A stretch of 63,481 nt of DNA, filler included, from Platydemus manokwari (GCA_037951405.1; 5 parts of 5 records of this genome joined end to end with filler, not necessarily neighbours in it), one strand, 5' to 3'. Shown: positions 1 to 13,608, counted from the whole stretch's first letter. Notes: generated by a model not told the origin, from the sequence alone. A program made the numbers and translations.

Positions 1-3000
1 ATTCCCCCTTCATTATTTATATTTTTTAATTAACTATTATCCGAAGTAGACGCAGCTCGTATAAATTGAAAATCAGAAACCTTATTATTAGAAATTAAAT
101 TTTTAAAATCTTAGATTAATAAATATCTTAATTCAAGTCGAATATGTAAAATTTTAAAAATATTATTTTTCGATTTCATTTTAAATGTTTTTTTCTTAAT
201 TAGTTAAACGATTTCGGTTTATGAGCCTAGCATGTTATTTTATATTAATTTTGAAATCACCTTCAAGATGTCCAGATCATAGAATTAATTTATTATGAGA
301 CATATTTTATTCCAACACTTTGGAACAGATCCAGTAATTAACTTGTATTCAATATAAAAAATTTAAATTTATGATTTACAGTAAATCATGAATAAAAGAT
401 AAAAAAAAGGTTTAAAATTTATTATGAGAATGAAGTTATACACTTGTTATATGTTTGGAAATTTTATGTATTTATTTATTTGCATCTATATGATAAGCTA
501 GTGATATTTCTAACATATTTGCGTTTGTATTTCTTTTTTATGTTCTGAAGCATTCTACAAAATTCAAAATGATAATAACTGTGCAATCAATTCTCAATAT
601 TCTAATAGATGAATGATATTTTTCAAAATTTGGAATCAATCTTATCTATTTTATTTATTAATTAATTGTCTACACATCAATTGGAATATTGCAAGAATTT
701 CTGAACTGATTGTAATCACATTGAAAATGGCTTTTAATTTCTCCACAAATAAATTTATTTCAATTAGTTTTCATTACGATGGTGAATTTGATTTTTTGTT
801 ACGAATCAATGAATTGTTCTATTGGATATTCGATGAAAGCATTTTTCAATGAGAAGATGAAGAAAATAGACACAAAAAATCATTTTTAATCGTGAAATAT
901 TATAATGAAATTCTGCTTTAATTTTTGAAATTGGAATTCTTTTGATAGTAAATGGCAGTTAAACCTTCCAGCTCATTTTCGGTACAATTCATTGGAATTC
1001 ATATTAATTTCCACTCAAATATCATTTCATTTATCTTCTTTATAATTAGCATGTATGAACATAATTTTTAAAATATTTCACTTGATAGAATTATTCTAAT
1101 TGTTTTAGAATCGTCTTAGCTCTATTAACAGTGTGAATTTTATTAAATTCTAACCCCTAACAAGTTTTAACTCTAAATTATGAACTTATTTTATAATGCT
1201 TGAAAAGAAATTTTGTTTTAAATTTTTATCTTTTACAAATTTCATATAATTGAGGTCAATTTTTCAATAATAATGTTTCCTGGTTTTGATATGCATGCTT
1301 TATTGATTGATTTGAAATAATAATGAAATTTAATTTCACTATGTAGATTTAATGGAATCTATATTTTAATCCAATATTTCGGTCAAACGAATCGAAGAAC
1401 TTGATTCGGATCATCGTTTGTTTCAGTAAGGTTTCAAATGAAACTGAATTTTTATATTTAAAACGAAATTATTCTAAATAATAATAATGAAACTTATTGA
1501 AAATGTTAATAAATATGCCATGCGTTATCTTTGATCTTTTAATTCAAATATAATTATACACTGTAGAATTTTATCACTGTCAACGATACCATAATTGAAA
1601 AATATTTTTAGAAATTAATCTTCATATTTTATGAATACTGAATGGAATTTTATATTCACTTCGCCAGGAAATTGTTTGATTTCTGGCTCCATAAGACTTT
1701 AATCATTGACAATTCTTTGTGCGTGTATCTCGGTGGCAATTAACCGTCACATTCCAATGAATAAATACATGGAACTTATTGTTCACAACTCGGATTGTTA
1801 ATTATTTATCAAAATAAATAATGATGAATTCATTGATGAATATATTTTTAAACTTTTATTTGATTATTATTTTTTTTTCAAATTAAAATCTCAAATATTT
1901 TTACAATTAGTGAAGAAACGTTTACGTTTTCTCAGGAAAACTTTGGAAATGTTCATTGAATTTCGTGATCAGATAATAAAATAAAAATAAGAATTCACTA
2001 CTTCATTGGTGGTATGGACGATTTTATAAATCAACATTTATTTGTTTTAAATCATGAAATTATTCTAGCATACGCAATTGATTTCTTTTTTGTTGTCTGA
2101 AAACAATTTAGGTTTTCTTAGTATTTCCTTTGAAGTCATTGTATATTGTCTGTTTCTATAGCTCTCAAATTTTCTCTTACATATTTAGACGACAAGAGAA
2201 CTCATATAATAAGTCGCTCTTTATTGAGTGCGGCTCAGTAAGCCCAAAAGATAAATATCGGACAGAATTTTCCTAATTGTTTCCATTTTGTTCTAATGAT
2301 TTGATATGTTTGTTTTATTAATAAGGGTTCTATTTAATGACTCCAATAATTGGCTATGAAATAAAATAATGTCCAACTTATTTTATCCAATATTAACGCT
2401 AAATATACCAAGTGGATCGAAAAAAACCTGGTTTTAAACGGTGACTTAAATTTTTAAGTTTTATTTCATTCTATTCATTTGACTTTATATCTTTATCCAT
2501 TAAACTATATTAATTACAAATTAATTGCAAATCTGAAATTTATTTTCTATCATTATCACATTTTTGTTGTTAAAAATAATAATAATCTTATTAATCTTAA
2601 CTGGAAAACTTGAAATAAATCCTACACTAACATAAGATAAAATTGAAAAGTAATATATCAAATGTTTTTAATTGCAAAGTCGACAATCATTCATTGGTAA
2701 TCTGCCAGATTGGAAATAATAGCAAATATAACATCTTGAATAGTAATCTTGAGAAGGAATTAATAATACTTTATCTCTAGTAAAGTTTTGACAAATTCAC
2801 GACTAATAATTGATCATCTTAAAATCATACTATGGAATAATCAATCATGTTATAAATAAAAAACAATAAAATAAGAACACAGTTGGAATCGATATTTCTA
2901 ATAACATGATCAAATAGCTCATCATTGATATTTATTTCATATTTTTTTGGAATTCAAACTGTAGCCTATCGAATTATTTTCAACTGATAATCCATATTTA

Positions 3001-3017
3001 ATATTAATCTTATTCAG

Positions 3018-3278
3018 GAACCAATTTTCAATCAGAATTTATTCCAATTAAAGGAATAACTACAGGATCAGTTAAAAATTTCATAACAATAACCTTGAGA
3101 GGCGATGCCATATTTAACACGACATTGGTTTATTCATTGAAGTGTGAACAAAATTATTACGGGCCCAATTGTCAACAATACTGTAAACCCATGGATAAGA
3201 AATCTGGACATTACAATTGTACAGAAACCGGACAACGAATCTGCTTGGATGGCTGGAAAGGAATATTTTGTTCCGAAG
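3018..3278 (+). CDS. Delta/Serrate-family Notch ligand, exon encoding end of N-terminal region plus DSL domain
   Basis: Acceptor ttattcAG at 3016-17, donor GTaaat at 3279. Translation ...LKCEQNYYGPNCQQYCKPMDKKSGHYNCTETGQRICLDGWKGIFCSE fits the DSL consensus C-xx-xYYGxxC-xxxC-xPxDxxxGHYxC-xxxG-xxxC-xxGWxGxxC. Confidence 0.93.
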
Positions 3279-3517
3279 GTAAATCATTTCAAATATTAAT
3301 ATGAGCAATACAATTAATGATATCAATGAAAATTTCGCCATTAAATTTCTCATTTTATTAATAGACTCTCTGATTGAAATTGTTAAATATTTCGATCATT
3401 CTATGAATTTAATGCAAATTTCTTTACCGTAATGATAAATTTGTTATCGACATAAATGGTGAAATATAATTGATTCAGAAAATAATGATCGATGAATAAC
3501 AATTTCATTTTTTTCAG

Positions 3518-3569
3518 CCAATTGTGATCACTGCATCAATGGTCAATGTGTTGGGCCCGATAAATGCAG
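3518..3569 (+). CDS. Delta/Serrate-family ligand, 52-nt exon (first half of EGF repeat 1)
   Basis: ttttcAG acceptor at 3516-17, GTaaga donor at 3570. Phase-compatible with both neighbours; encodes ANCDHCINGQCVGPDKC(S). Missed by the ORF track. Confidence 0.9.
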
Positions 3570-3766
3570 GTAAGATTTTGATTTTCAGACTCATTATACG
3601 GTTTAAGAATGCTCATAATCGTGCAACAAAACCGTTGTGATAATCTCTTCACGGTCGAGCTATTTGTCACACTGTGTTGGTGCATGTTATTTAGCATTTT
3701 GATAAAAATCAAATAATCGATTGAAGTAATAACAAAAAAAACTGTGTTTGCTTTTTTTTACAACAG

Positions 3767-3936
3767 TTGCTATCGTGGATGGACCGGTAAAAATTGTGAG
3801 ATTTGCCTGAAAGCACCTGGTTGCATGCAAGGAATGTGTCAAAATGATGCTGGAGTTTCTAATACATCGAAACCGCAGTTGAAAGCATTTACTTGTTCGT
3901 GTCATCCGGGATGGGGTGGTCAGAATTGCGATATCG
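3767..3936 (+). CDS. Delta/Serrate-family ligand, exon completing EGF1 and encoding EGF2
   Basis: caacAG acceptor at 3765-66. Encodes CYRGWTGKNCEICLKAPGCMQGMC...FTCSCHPGWGGQNCDI, the typical DOS-type EGF1-2 pattern. Possible donor GTtag at 3937; if unspliced, in-frame TAG at 3939-41. Confidence 0.9.
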
Positions 3937-4733
3937 GTTAGATTACGCTTTGTTACTGATTGGTTTAGAAAGTTTAATGTTTTGTTCATTAATCGTTTTA
4001 GGTTTAGACTGGAAATTAAGCTGTTTGTTAAATAGATTAGACAGCATCTAACTGATGTATATTTTTGTTCATCTATTAATCATCTGTTTATATGTCCAAA
4101 TGGTTGGAATAACGCAATGGATTTGTTTTTTTTTACTTTCTCTTTTGATTTTAGGAAATTGTTTTTAGAAAAATGACATTAAAATTTTTGCTTTCGATTC
4201 TATTATTGAGGATCAATTTATTGAATGAATGGACTCTTGTGGGTTCATAAAAACACTATTTTTAAATTTCACTTATTAACGTGACAGGAAATAAGTTATT
4301 TTATTTACTCTCTTTCAATGAATATTGAAATTTTGATTTATGATATTTTTCTATCGCGATATTTAATAACAAAACTAGTTAAAAACTCTTCATTGGACCA
4401 ATAAGCGTTGAAATATGAAATGAAAGTGGTGATTATAGTAGTGTTCTGGTTATATAGACTTGTTTTTGGTTAGTTATTGAATGGATTGGGTAAAAATATT
4501 GTAAGAAATCATTATAAATAAGATCAAAAAGAACTTTTTATTGGGAAATTAAATCTAATAGGTTTGATATTAGTTCGTAGAAGATGTTAGAATATCTTCA
4601 CAAGCGCTTTATAAATATAATTTATTGATGAAAATTTGTTTAAAATTATTGATAAATGCTACTTTATATGTTGTGATTTAATAACTTCGATTTATTAATT
4701 GTTTGAGATATATCTGCCATGTATGGACTATAC

Positions 4734-4838
4734 CAGGGATGGCCAACCGGTCGATCTTGAAGCCAATTTTAGTCGGTCGCGTGAGATGTTATTCAAATGA
4801 AAAGTCGATCTTCCGTACACAAAAGTTGGCCACCTCTG
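4734..4838. mobile_element. 105-bp hAT (Buster/Charlie-type) MITE
   Basis: Imperfect 14-bp terminal inverted repeats CAGGGATGGCCAAC / GTTGGCCACCTCTG. The 8-bp flanks gacTAtac and cctTAgag both have the central TA typical of Buster targets but are not identical. GC-rich island in AT-rich DNA. Confidence 0.7.
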
Positions 4839-7081
4839 CCTTAGAGGATTCGCTTTTAGATAAACCGTATCGTGTATATCGATTTCGCTTAAAATTCAAA
4901 TAAGTTCAGACCTATTATTTCACTGCCTTTCCCAAATTGTTATTTTCGATTTCAATAACATTCACATTTTTTAACTTGATACCTTAGAATAATATTATAT
5001 TTGCTTAAACGAAACATATTGACATAGAATCTATATAAAACGAGTAAATTTAGCTTATAATCTTCGACCATTATTGTAAATTTATATTTATAAGTTCAAT
5101 TTTTTATAATTGTGAAAATTGAATCGAAACTTCTATAAATTTAATATTAATTAAAGATATAAGTCGAAATATTAGTATATATCTTAAATAAAATAATCAT
5201 GATAATAAATAGTCCTGTCGTAAATAACCTTTCAACATCCTCAAAACTAAGAACATGTTAAATAATAATGATATGAGAGTTGCTTTCACAAACAATCGGT
5301 TAACATACAAATCAATTTCTTCATAAGTTTCTACTCTATGATATCAAATAGAGTACTCAAATTTATCAACTCCAATATTCAATAATTAACCCCTTATCTC
5401 CAATATACTCCAACACTTTTCTCCAAACCAAAATAAAATCATAAACGGCATTATCATTTTTCTTTAATTTAATAAGAGCTGTAAATGTTTTTGTGTTAAT
5501 TCTTAAATAATTCATTTCCCGAAATATTTATACTTAACATAATATCAAATTTACTGCATTTGTAAGAGTTGAAAATAGACGTGTCTTCTAGATTGAAGCT
5601 TTCAAGAGATATTCTATTCCACAAACCTTTATTCTAAAGGAAAAAATTTATTCTAAGCTAAAGAATTGAAACCGTTCCATAAAGTCAATTTCTGCTAATT
5701 TATACTATAAATGGAAAACATAGCAAATATAATCTGAGATGGTCTTCCAAAAGATAAAAAATAAATGTAAAAAATTGAAAAATCAATCAAAAACAAAAAT
5801 GTTTCGAAAAAGAAAATAGCATATTTAAATTTTTTAATATTATTAATAGATGAAATCACTGAAATAACTGTTATATAATAACTTAGTAATTTAAATTTAT
5901 CTTTGAAGAATTAAGTTTATTATTATAACAAAAAAATAAAACCGAATCAAGATTTTATCCTGTATATCGAAATTGTGTCCAGATCATTACTGATCATAAT
6001 GATTCGTACAAATATAAAAACGTTGTTACAATTCATTGGGACAAATACACTGAACCCCTTAACATGATATCGTACATCAGGAGAAAATATTGTGAAGAAC
6101 AAAACTGCTGCGAACAAATTGGATTGTGAAACATTTCTGTGAGATTGGCCAATAGTTTGATTTAGATAAATAAAGTTTTGGCAACCAAGATAAATCATAT
6201 TTGCTATTTCGGTGTAACAAATAATAACAGCTTCTTAAATGAATTTGAAGTGATTGAAATCACTAGCCAAGAAATCAAAAGTTATTTGTTTCATAATCGC
6301 TTATTTATTCATGACGTCAATTGTCGAAAAATAGGTTAAAAGAATACAAATTAGTTGATATTTTTAAGATTAATATGCTTTATGTTCCACTCAAGATAAC
6401 CTTTTTCTCCAAATGTGTTGTCTCAAATAATCCAAAAGGCTACAGACTATAATCAGCCGATGTAATTTCCTTCTAGTTTTACATCAGCAGATCTATCGCA
6501 TTGTAAATCAATTCATATTTTAAAAATTAATATAATTAATAAAAACGCACAATCGTTATAAATCAGTCATTAAGTGAAAGAAAAAATCTGAAATTTATCC
6601 GAATATAATTTCTCATTTAAATTTAATGCTTAAATTTGTTAATATGAATTATTCGGCAAATCATAAAATAACTAGGCCAATCTAGATATGAAATGAAGAT
6701 TGAATTCTTTGTGATTTCCTATTTGATATTATTATACTTTCAGTTATGATACACTACAATCTGTTATTACAATTAGTAGATCATTCAATACAACTCAAAA
6801 AAGATATGTATATATAATTATGATTTATATTTAAAATATAAAATTATGATCACATTTTAGAATCAGAATTTAGTCGAAAGAAAAATTTAATTTTCAAGCA
6901 CTAGTTATGCAGAAACGAACGAGATGAAATTTGACTTCCGAAAATAATCATCATTATAAAATAATTTATTTTTTTGTTTTTATATTTATCATATCAAAAT
7001 TATATCATAAAAATATTCTTCAATTCATTATATTTATTAAAAGATACGTTAAATAATATATTATTATTATTATAAAATGAT

Positions 7082-8461
7082 TTAATTGCTTACATATTTT
7101 TGAAAATCTTCTTTGTTCGGATAATTCTTACTGTGTATGTCGTATTGCTGATAAACCACTCTGAAGTCTTCATCTGTGACAGATCTTTTGTCCACGGGGT
7201 ATGCAACATTAGGACTGTTGTAGGCAGTAATATTATTAGAGCAGTAAGGCGTTTCAGCCTGAGTAGTGTAAATTTGAGGCTGATTGTTGGAAACAGAATT
7301 CACGTTCGGCGTGATTACGTTTGATTTCTTATTCGTATCACATTCAATAGATTCCATCACTTTATTAGGAAGAGTATTGGAAATTGAATTATCTATTGAA
7401 GGCGGTTGTGCATTTACCGTTGTGGATGTTTGTGGTGGTAAATTAGCACTTGCAGAAACCGGTGTTTCCGGATGCATGCCGCGTTGCATTAATGCAACTC
7501 TTCGTCGAAGCATTTGGGCCTGTTGCATTCTCTGTTGACTTCCTTGTTGTTTCCAATTAAAACGTAAAGCTAAACAATTGGGAACTTGACATTTTGGATC
7601 GGAACAAAATTTGGCATGTACAAAACAAATACGTAAAAATAACTGACACATTTTGCAGGTACTTTTCTGCATGTTACAGCATTGTAAATGTTTAATCATT
7701 CCTTTCATTTTAGCACAAAGATTTATTCGGCAATTGACATCTCGACATTGACAGGCATGTTGTAAACTCTTCGAATATCGAACCATTCGTGCACGAGTAG
7801 TATCTTGTAATTCCGATGTCGGTTGTGATAAGTTCTGTGGATTCGAAATGTTTGATTCTTCGTCAGGATCGACTTTAAACAATGGATGCGGATGAGATTC
7901 AGTGCTGTAGCATGTTGGACATAATTCAAAATCTTCACATTGCTTACAAGTATATCGGACTTCTATTTGTTTATTGCAAACATTACAAGCATAAAGAACG
8001 GAATTTTTCTGTTCCATATGCAATTCATAGCAGAAACAAAGGGTAGAAAATTTCGCTCGACGCAGAGAAGAAAATTCTAAATGCTTTTCTCTGGCTAAAC
8101 AAAGTAACTTATCTCTACCATCCATAAGGTCACTATGAAACAAAGCATCTGGATCATTGATTGGAGGTAAATTAGCGGCATCAATTTGGCTATGAAGTCG
8201 AATAACAAAAAAGTTCTCTTTGCGCTTTTCCATCAACTCCAGAACTTTACGAGATACATCATTAATAGTATCAGAACCATTACTTCTTTTCTTTTTGTTA
8301 TTTAACGAATTCATACGTTTTAATTTACGTTTTTTCGGTTTTTTATCCATTTTCGATAAATTATTTTTGGATATGACTTCGATTTGTGAATTTTCGCCTT
8401 CTTGAGAATTTGGATTTTCAGAATATGATTTCATTCGACGATTAGTTTCTTCATCGATTTC
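7082..8461 (-). CDS. CBP: CBP/p300 histone acetyltransferase, terminal exon (HAT C-terminus, ZZ, TAZ2, Q-rich tail)
   Basis: Acceptor ttcgtAG (plus-strand ct 8462-63); exon starts EIDEETNRR then runs into ORF 7082..8434. Motifs: KENFFVIRLH, DLMDGRDKLLCLAREKHLEFSSLRRAKFST, ZZ finger CNVC...CKQCEDFELCPTCY...HPH, TAZ2 LQHACQCRDVNC...HAKFCSDPKCQVPNC. Confidence 0.97.
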   Translation of the reverse strand, partial: EIDEETNRRMKSYSENPNSQEGENSQIEVISKNNLSKMDKKPKKRKLKRMNSLNNKKKRSNGSDTINDVSRKVLELMEKRKENFFVIRLHSQIDAANLPPINDPDALFHSDLMDGRDKLLCLAREKHLEFSSLRRAKFSTLCFCYELHMEQKNSVLYACNVCNKQIEVRYTCKQCEDFELCPTCYSTESHPHPLFKVDPDEESNISNPQNLSQPTSELQDTTRARMVRYSKSLQHACQCRDVNCRINLCAKMKGMIKHLQCCNMQKSTCKMCQLFLRICFVHAKFCSDPKCQVPNCLALRFNWKQQGSQQRMQQAQMLRRRVALMQRGMHPETPVSASANLPPQTSTTVNAQPPSIDNSISNTLPNKVMESIECDTNKKSNVITPNVNSVSNNQPQIYTTQAETPYCSNNITAYNSPNVAYPVDKRSVTDEDFRVVYQQYDIHSKNYPNKEDFQKYVSN

Positions 8462-10804
8462 CTACGAAATAAAAGTTGGAAATAAATGAAATTCACTGTT
8501 TTAAAAGAAAAGGAAATTAAAATCAACTTTATAATTTATGAAAATCAAGAAATTCAACAAACAATATCGAAACAGAGATTATGCCAACTTGTACAGAGAG
8601 ATACACGGAAAGACTCTTCTATTAGTTGTAAAATATACATTTAAGCTTTTAGTAAATGAAAAGCAAAAGAAAACCTAAGAACGAAGAGCGGATGTATACA
8701 TATTTTAATTGTCGAATTTAAGAAAGAAATGACATTCAACAAGTCTATAGATCTGAACATATTTATAAATGGGAAATTTCGCTAATTGTTTTTGTCAATG
8801 AAAATTATATAAAGATGGCATTTTTCATCATTTAATTATTTCGTACAATTTTCCAATGGATTTTTTGACTAAGGCTACTTTTTCAAATCATAACTGATCG
8901 TTCGTGATTTATCATTATATTCATTCAAAAATATTAATCTTAACCAATGATTTCCGTTTCCAAATTCATTGATATCTCATAAATATTCAGAAAAAGATTT
9001 AATTTTAGATAATAAATCAAATACATAACATTAATTAAGAAAAATTTCAATTCAATGATAATGCGTGCACAGTTCTAAACGTTAACAAATTAAATCAAAT
9101 GATATTATTAAATAACAAATTCACCCAGTTATACAATTGATTTCATTTTATATATATATATATTCAATTGAACCCAGGTTAATAACATATCCTTTAATTC
9201 TGGTAAATTTGTCATTTAAAACCAATTTGATTAATAAATGCTAATAAAAATTAATTATAAACTGAATACCATTCAGTAATTTGACATTACAACTTCATTG
9301 GCGTCCAGTGATGGTCATTAAACACAATGAGTTGACCATGCTTAACCATTAAAGTATTTTAGATAAATATGAGTGCATTTTGTACCCAGTTATACACAAA
9401 TCAAACTAAAATTTTAATAGTTCTTTGTAAAATTCAAGCAAAATTACTGCAAATTACGGAATATATTTATTCGTTCAAATAATCCTATCAAACTTAACGT
9501 GATTTATTAAAGTGATATTATTGTAGTGAATAGAAAAAATGAAGTTTCAAAAATTTTCAGCAATATTAAGCGAGGTGAATCTATTTTAAATATTCCCGTT
9601 TGATATGAATGCCGCTGTTTATTTATATATTAAAGGCATTTAAATAAAAGGGAAAACTTAAAACGGAATCGATAATAAGATATTAATGCACAATTTGCGC
9701 GTGAAGCGAATGGATTAGAAAAAACATATATTCCTCAAATCAAGTATGTGACATTTAAACTAATTATATAAAATGGAAGTAAATACTTTTCCACTGAAAA
9801 TGAATAAAAATCATGACCCAACATTGACTTATGAAACTATTAGCTTGATTAAAACATTATCTTAAACAGTATGCCATATATTCTAGGAATGTGAAGAACA
9901 TAAAATTAATCATCAAGTAAATTTTCCAGCGGAATAACCATTGTTTCATATGATTACAGAATATCTTTCGTTAGGGTTTCTTATTTGAAAAATATTGATT
10001 AAAGTTTTTATTAAAATAATTATTGATTCAATTTTGATTTATGCAATCAAAAGATGGTTATATTTGGAAAATGGAACTCTTTCTTAATGAAAGAACATGA
10101 GATAAGTAATCTATTTGAAAACAAAACAATACAATTTAAAATGAAATTCTTGAATAAATTTAATATCTCGACAAAAAGTAATATTTATTCCTTAATAACT
10201 TGATATCATTTGGATGTTTGTAATGGTTTTCATTTGCTGATTAAAAACAGATAAAAAATAAATTATTTCCATAGATATATCATTATAACAAAGTAGCTTT
10301 AACATAATAACAGTCATATAAATCACATGTAATTAATAGACGTTCATTCCGTCAATCAAATACGATTTACGTAGTATTTAACGTTTCACTAATATGCGCT
10401 ATGAGACACTAACGACTATTTAGAAAAATATCATGGGCCTGGATGATCAACATTTTATATTTTAAAACAAATTATTTAAGATTTTGCCTCTTGCAAATCA
10501 CCCGAGAAGAAATATTATAAAATGTAGAGAAATATATATACCATTATATAATTTATTCATAGAATTGTAAGGATCACCGATAAAATTATTCTCATATTTA
10601 TATATTATTTTATATAATGGCCATTCAGTTATATATAAAATAAATTGAAGACATTTTATGTTTTAAACTCTAAATTAGACGAAATTAATTAAATTTAATT
10701 TTTAAATTGATAATTGTGATAATACATGATAGAATATTTATAATTCAATTTAAAACCAACATCATATATAATATTTGTAAATGATTTATATATATTAAAA
10801 TTAC

Positions 10805-11684
10805 TTTGAAGATCTCTTCAAGTGCATTCGGCCAATAATCACCTTCAAAATAAGGAAGCTCAGTAGGTGAAAGCATACTCGAATGTAAAGCATCGCTAAA
10901 AATATCTTTATAATCTATAACAACGTTCTCTTTCATAGCTTTGTCAAGCATTTTGATATACCACTCTTGTAGTCGTTTAGGTTTTGGAAGCTTTTGTTCT
11001 GGAGGATGCATGTGAAATATGTAGTCGTCACCTTCTCCAGGAGGACATGCCCATATATGAGCCATTGTAAAACCGAGCTTTTTTGCATATTCCAAATATC
11101 CGACTAGAAATTCATGATATACATCAGTCCGATATTTACGAGGCTTAAAGTAATGCACAGAATCAAGATATGCAAGATAAACACGACGAGAATTGGGATC
11201 TGGACAATCCGATCCATATTCTTGAACATGAAGTCCAAAAAAACAAACTTCTTGACCATCGATTTCTTGAAATGCAAATATTGCTTTTAGTCGATATTTA
11301 AAGGATTCTGGCATTTCACAAGTTTCACAATAATGACTTTTCATTCCGGGTTTGACCTCAACAACTTTATCACTACTAGAAAGTACTCGAACAATAACTT
11401 CATTAATAGTGGGATCAATTGCTTTCAAAAAATTATTGACTCTATTTTCAATGTATCTACTCAATTCGCAATGTGGTAAACCCTTTGATTTATAAATGTT
11501 TTGTTTAATTTTGATAGTTTTTTCACGAATACAAGTAGTACAAACGAATCCTTCTCTCCATATTTCATCAACATGATTTGCACATACTTTATGCCATTTA
11601 CGATTACAAATCCGACAATAAACAAATTCTTCATTTTCCTTTACATTATTGCGACATTTTGACAGTAAAGACTTTTTCACTTTG
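10805..11684 (-). CDS. CBP: CBP/p300 exon: PHD finger and KAT11/HAT catalytic core
   Basis: Acceptor at 11685-86, donor GTaatt at 10804-03. Motifs CRICNRKWHKVCANH, FAFQEIDGQEVCFFGLHVQEYG, RRVYLAYLDSVHYF, HIWACPPGEGDDYIFH, PKPKRLQEWYIKMLDKA, LPYFEGDYWPN. Catalytic Trp and Tyr equivalents are retained. Confidence 0.98.
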
Positions 11685-12372
11685 CTATAAAAAAATAAAA
11701 ATTTACAAAAATTTCATTAAGGAATATTTTATAGAAATATTATAAATCAAAAATAATACTTAACTAAAGCTTTCTAATTCACATTTTAATGCTGTTCCTA
11801 CCTTGCTATTCTTAGTATAATTATTAATAAATTTCAGAGCCATTTTCAGTAGGGTCATAATAGTTAATAATATTATATAAATTAAGAAAGCTGTCGCAGA
11901 GTTGTGAATATATCAATCAATTAAGTTTACAATATTTTATCTTATATCTTCAAAATACAATTGCTAATTCCTATCAGTATCTAAACGATAAAAACCTTTG
12001 TATTTCTTCGGATAAACATCGTATCAATAAAGGATAGACATTTACCGTTATCGACTAGAGCAGAGATATAAACTGTGATAATTAATAAAGTAATAATTAA
12101 TAATTTGAAACCTCTTTTGCATTCATATTTTTATTTACAGACATAATAGTTTAGTCAATATTTTAAGTTTCGTCGGATTTTTGTCCAATTGTATTCTTAA
12201 GTAAGCCTTGACATCAAATAAACAAATCGGATAAGCAGGCCGACATTTATCAAAAGAAATGCGGTATGATCAATATCGTAAAACAAATTACACAAATATT
12301 TAACAAAAGAAAAGTACAAGTAGCTTATTAATAATATTCAATACTATCATTGAACATAAATGATCCACTTAC

Positions 12373-12486
12373 CATGCTGCGCCATTATTCTCGGCATTAA
12401 TAAATTGAACTTCTTCACCACTATCATTGTAACATTTCTCGCAACATATATATCTATCACAAGTAAGTTCACTAATAATTTTCTCA
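12373..12486 (-). CDS. CBP: CBP/p300 exon (RING-like region)
   Basis: 114-nt phase-2/phase-2 exon with AG and GTaagt sites. Encodes EKIISELTCDRYICCEKCYNDSGEEVQFINAENNGAA(C), matching the p300 RYHFCEKCFNE region. Not in the ORF track. Confidence 0.92.
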
Positions 12487-12543
12487 CTGAATATCAACAA
12501 ATGAAGCAATGAGAATTTTGTAAATCAGTGGAAAATCAATTAC

Positions 12544-12713
12544 CCATTAGATTTATCATTTTGGAAGGCATAATAAACTGCATCTCGAACAATCAAACAA
12601 ACATTGGGTGTACAACAAATCAAAACTTGTGGAAGATAAACATATTCACGACCACAACAAAAACCACAAGCTACCATAATTTCATCGATTTTGGACTCAA
12701 AAAGCTTGGCTAG
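12544..12713 (-). CDS. CBP: CBP/p300 exon (end of bromodomain / start of RING region)
   Basis: 170-nt exon encoding LAKLFESKIDEIMVACGFCCGREYVYLPQVLICCTPNVCLIVRDAVYYAFQNDKSN(G), matching p300 LSEVFEQEIDPVMQSLGYCCGRK...TIPRDATYYSYQN. A 57-nt intron separates it from the next exon. More 5' exons were not found in the window. Confidence 0.93.
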
Positions 12714-13253
12714 CTATTAATAAATTAAAATAATTTGTTAATTAGATGTTGATGTAAATTTTTATTGTTATAATAATTGTGAGGTTTATTTAACAAATAT
12801 GATAAATAATTAAAATTTGCATATGATTAAAATTACAAAACTTTGATTTAAAAAAATACTTTTAAAAACTTATATTAAAAATAAATACACCGTATTGATA
12901 TTAATAAAATGATGTTGTTTAAAAAATTACTGTTAAACTCTCACTTTTAAAAATTAGTAAAATTACTAAAAATAAAACTTAAATTTTTTTAAGAAAAATA
13001 AAGATGTAATATAAAAATGTAGGCATTTTGATTTTCATTAAAAATGAAGACGAATCAGATAGAAATAAATTTTAAAATATTTAAAATTTGATTGAAAATT
13101 GATGTATTGACAAATAGATTAAATAGATTTGTTGTTCTGTTGTAAACATGACTTTTGATTTGAATATTAAAAATGAAGAAGTTTTGGCTACTAACATTAC
13201 CTTTTCTAAATGAATCATTATCGGACATGTTTGAACATAATCTTTTCGTTAAG

Positions 13254-13558
13254 GACATACAGAAAAAAGAAGACGCTCGAGATTGGAAGATAAATCCATT
13301 GACCGATATTTTAGTTCCATTGAATTGGTAGAGAAAAGTTCAGTATCTCCCGACAGTTCATTACCATCAATAATTGATGACAAGATATTTAATGAGCTTT
13401 ATGAAGCTTGTATCTCGCAAAGTTCAAATGCAAAAGAAGTGCCATCTGATAAATTAATACCTATTAAAGATGCGGTTGTCAATAATAGCAATTTTAATGA
13501 AAAAATCAATACATTCAATCCCACCGTCATCATCTCGATATCAAAGAAAACAAAACTG
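13254..13558 (+). CDS. Probable nuclear-receptor hinge-region exon
   Basis: cttttcgttaAG acceptor at 13252-53, GTaaat donor at 13559. Open frame (G)HTEKRRRSRLEDK...SKKTKL with a basic NLS-like start. Ends in phase 0, compatible with the LBD exon at 16801. Confidence 0.55.
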
Positions 13559-13608
13559 GTAAATATATTTCAACAATAATGTCTGACATTCCTAGATATT
13601 TTATAATC

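Noticed and set aside
5200-6210. Coding-like stretches including ORF 5947..6198 as the missing Delta exons or a separate gene
   Set aside because: No EGF cysteine spacing or convincing TM on the plus strand; minus-strand frames are broken and match nothing I recognise.
7100-8405. Plus-strand ORFs 7100..7324, 7284..7538, 8220..8405 and minus-strand 7723..7938
   Set aside because: Shadow ORFs overlapping the CBP terminal exon.
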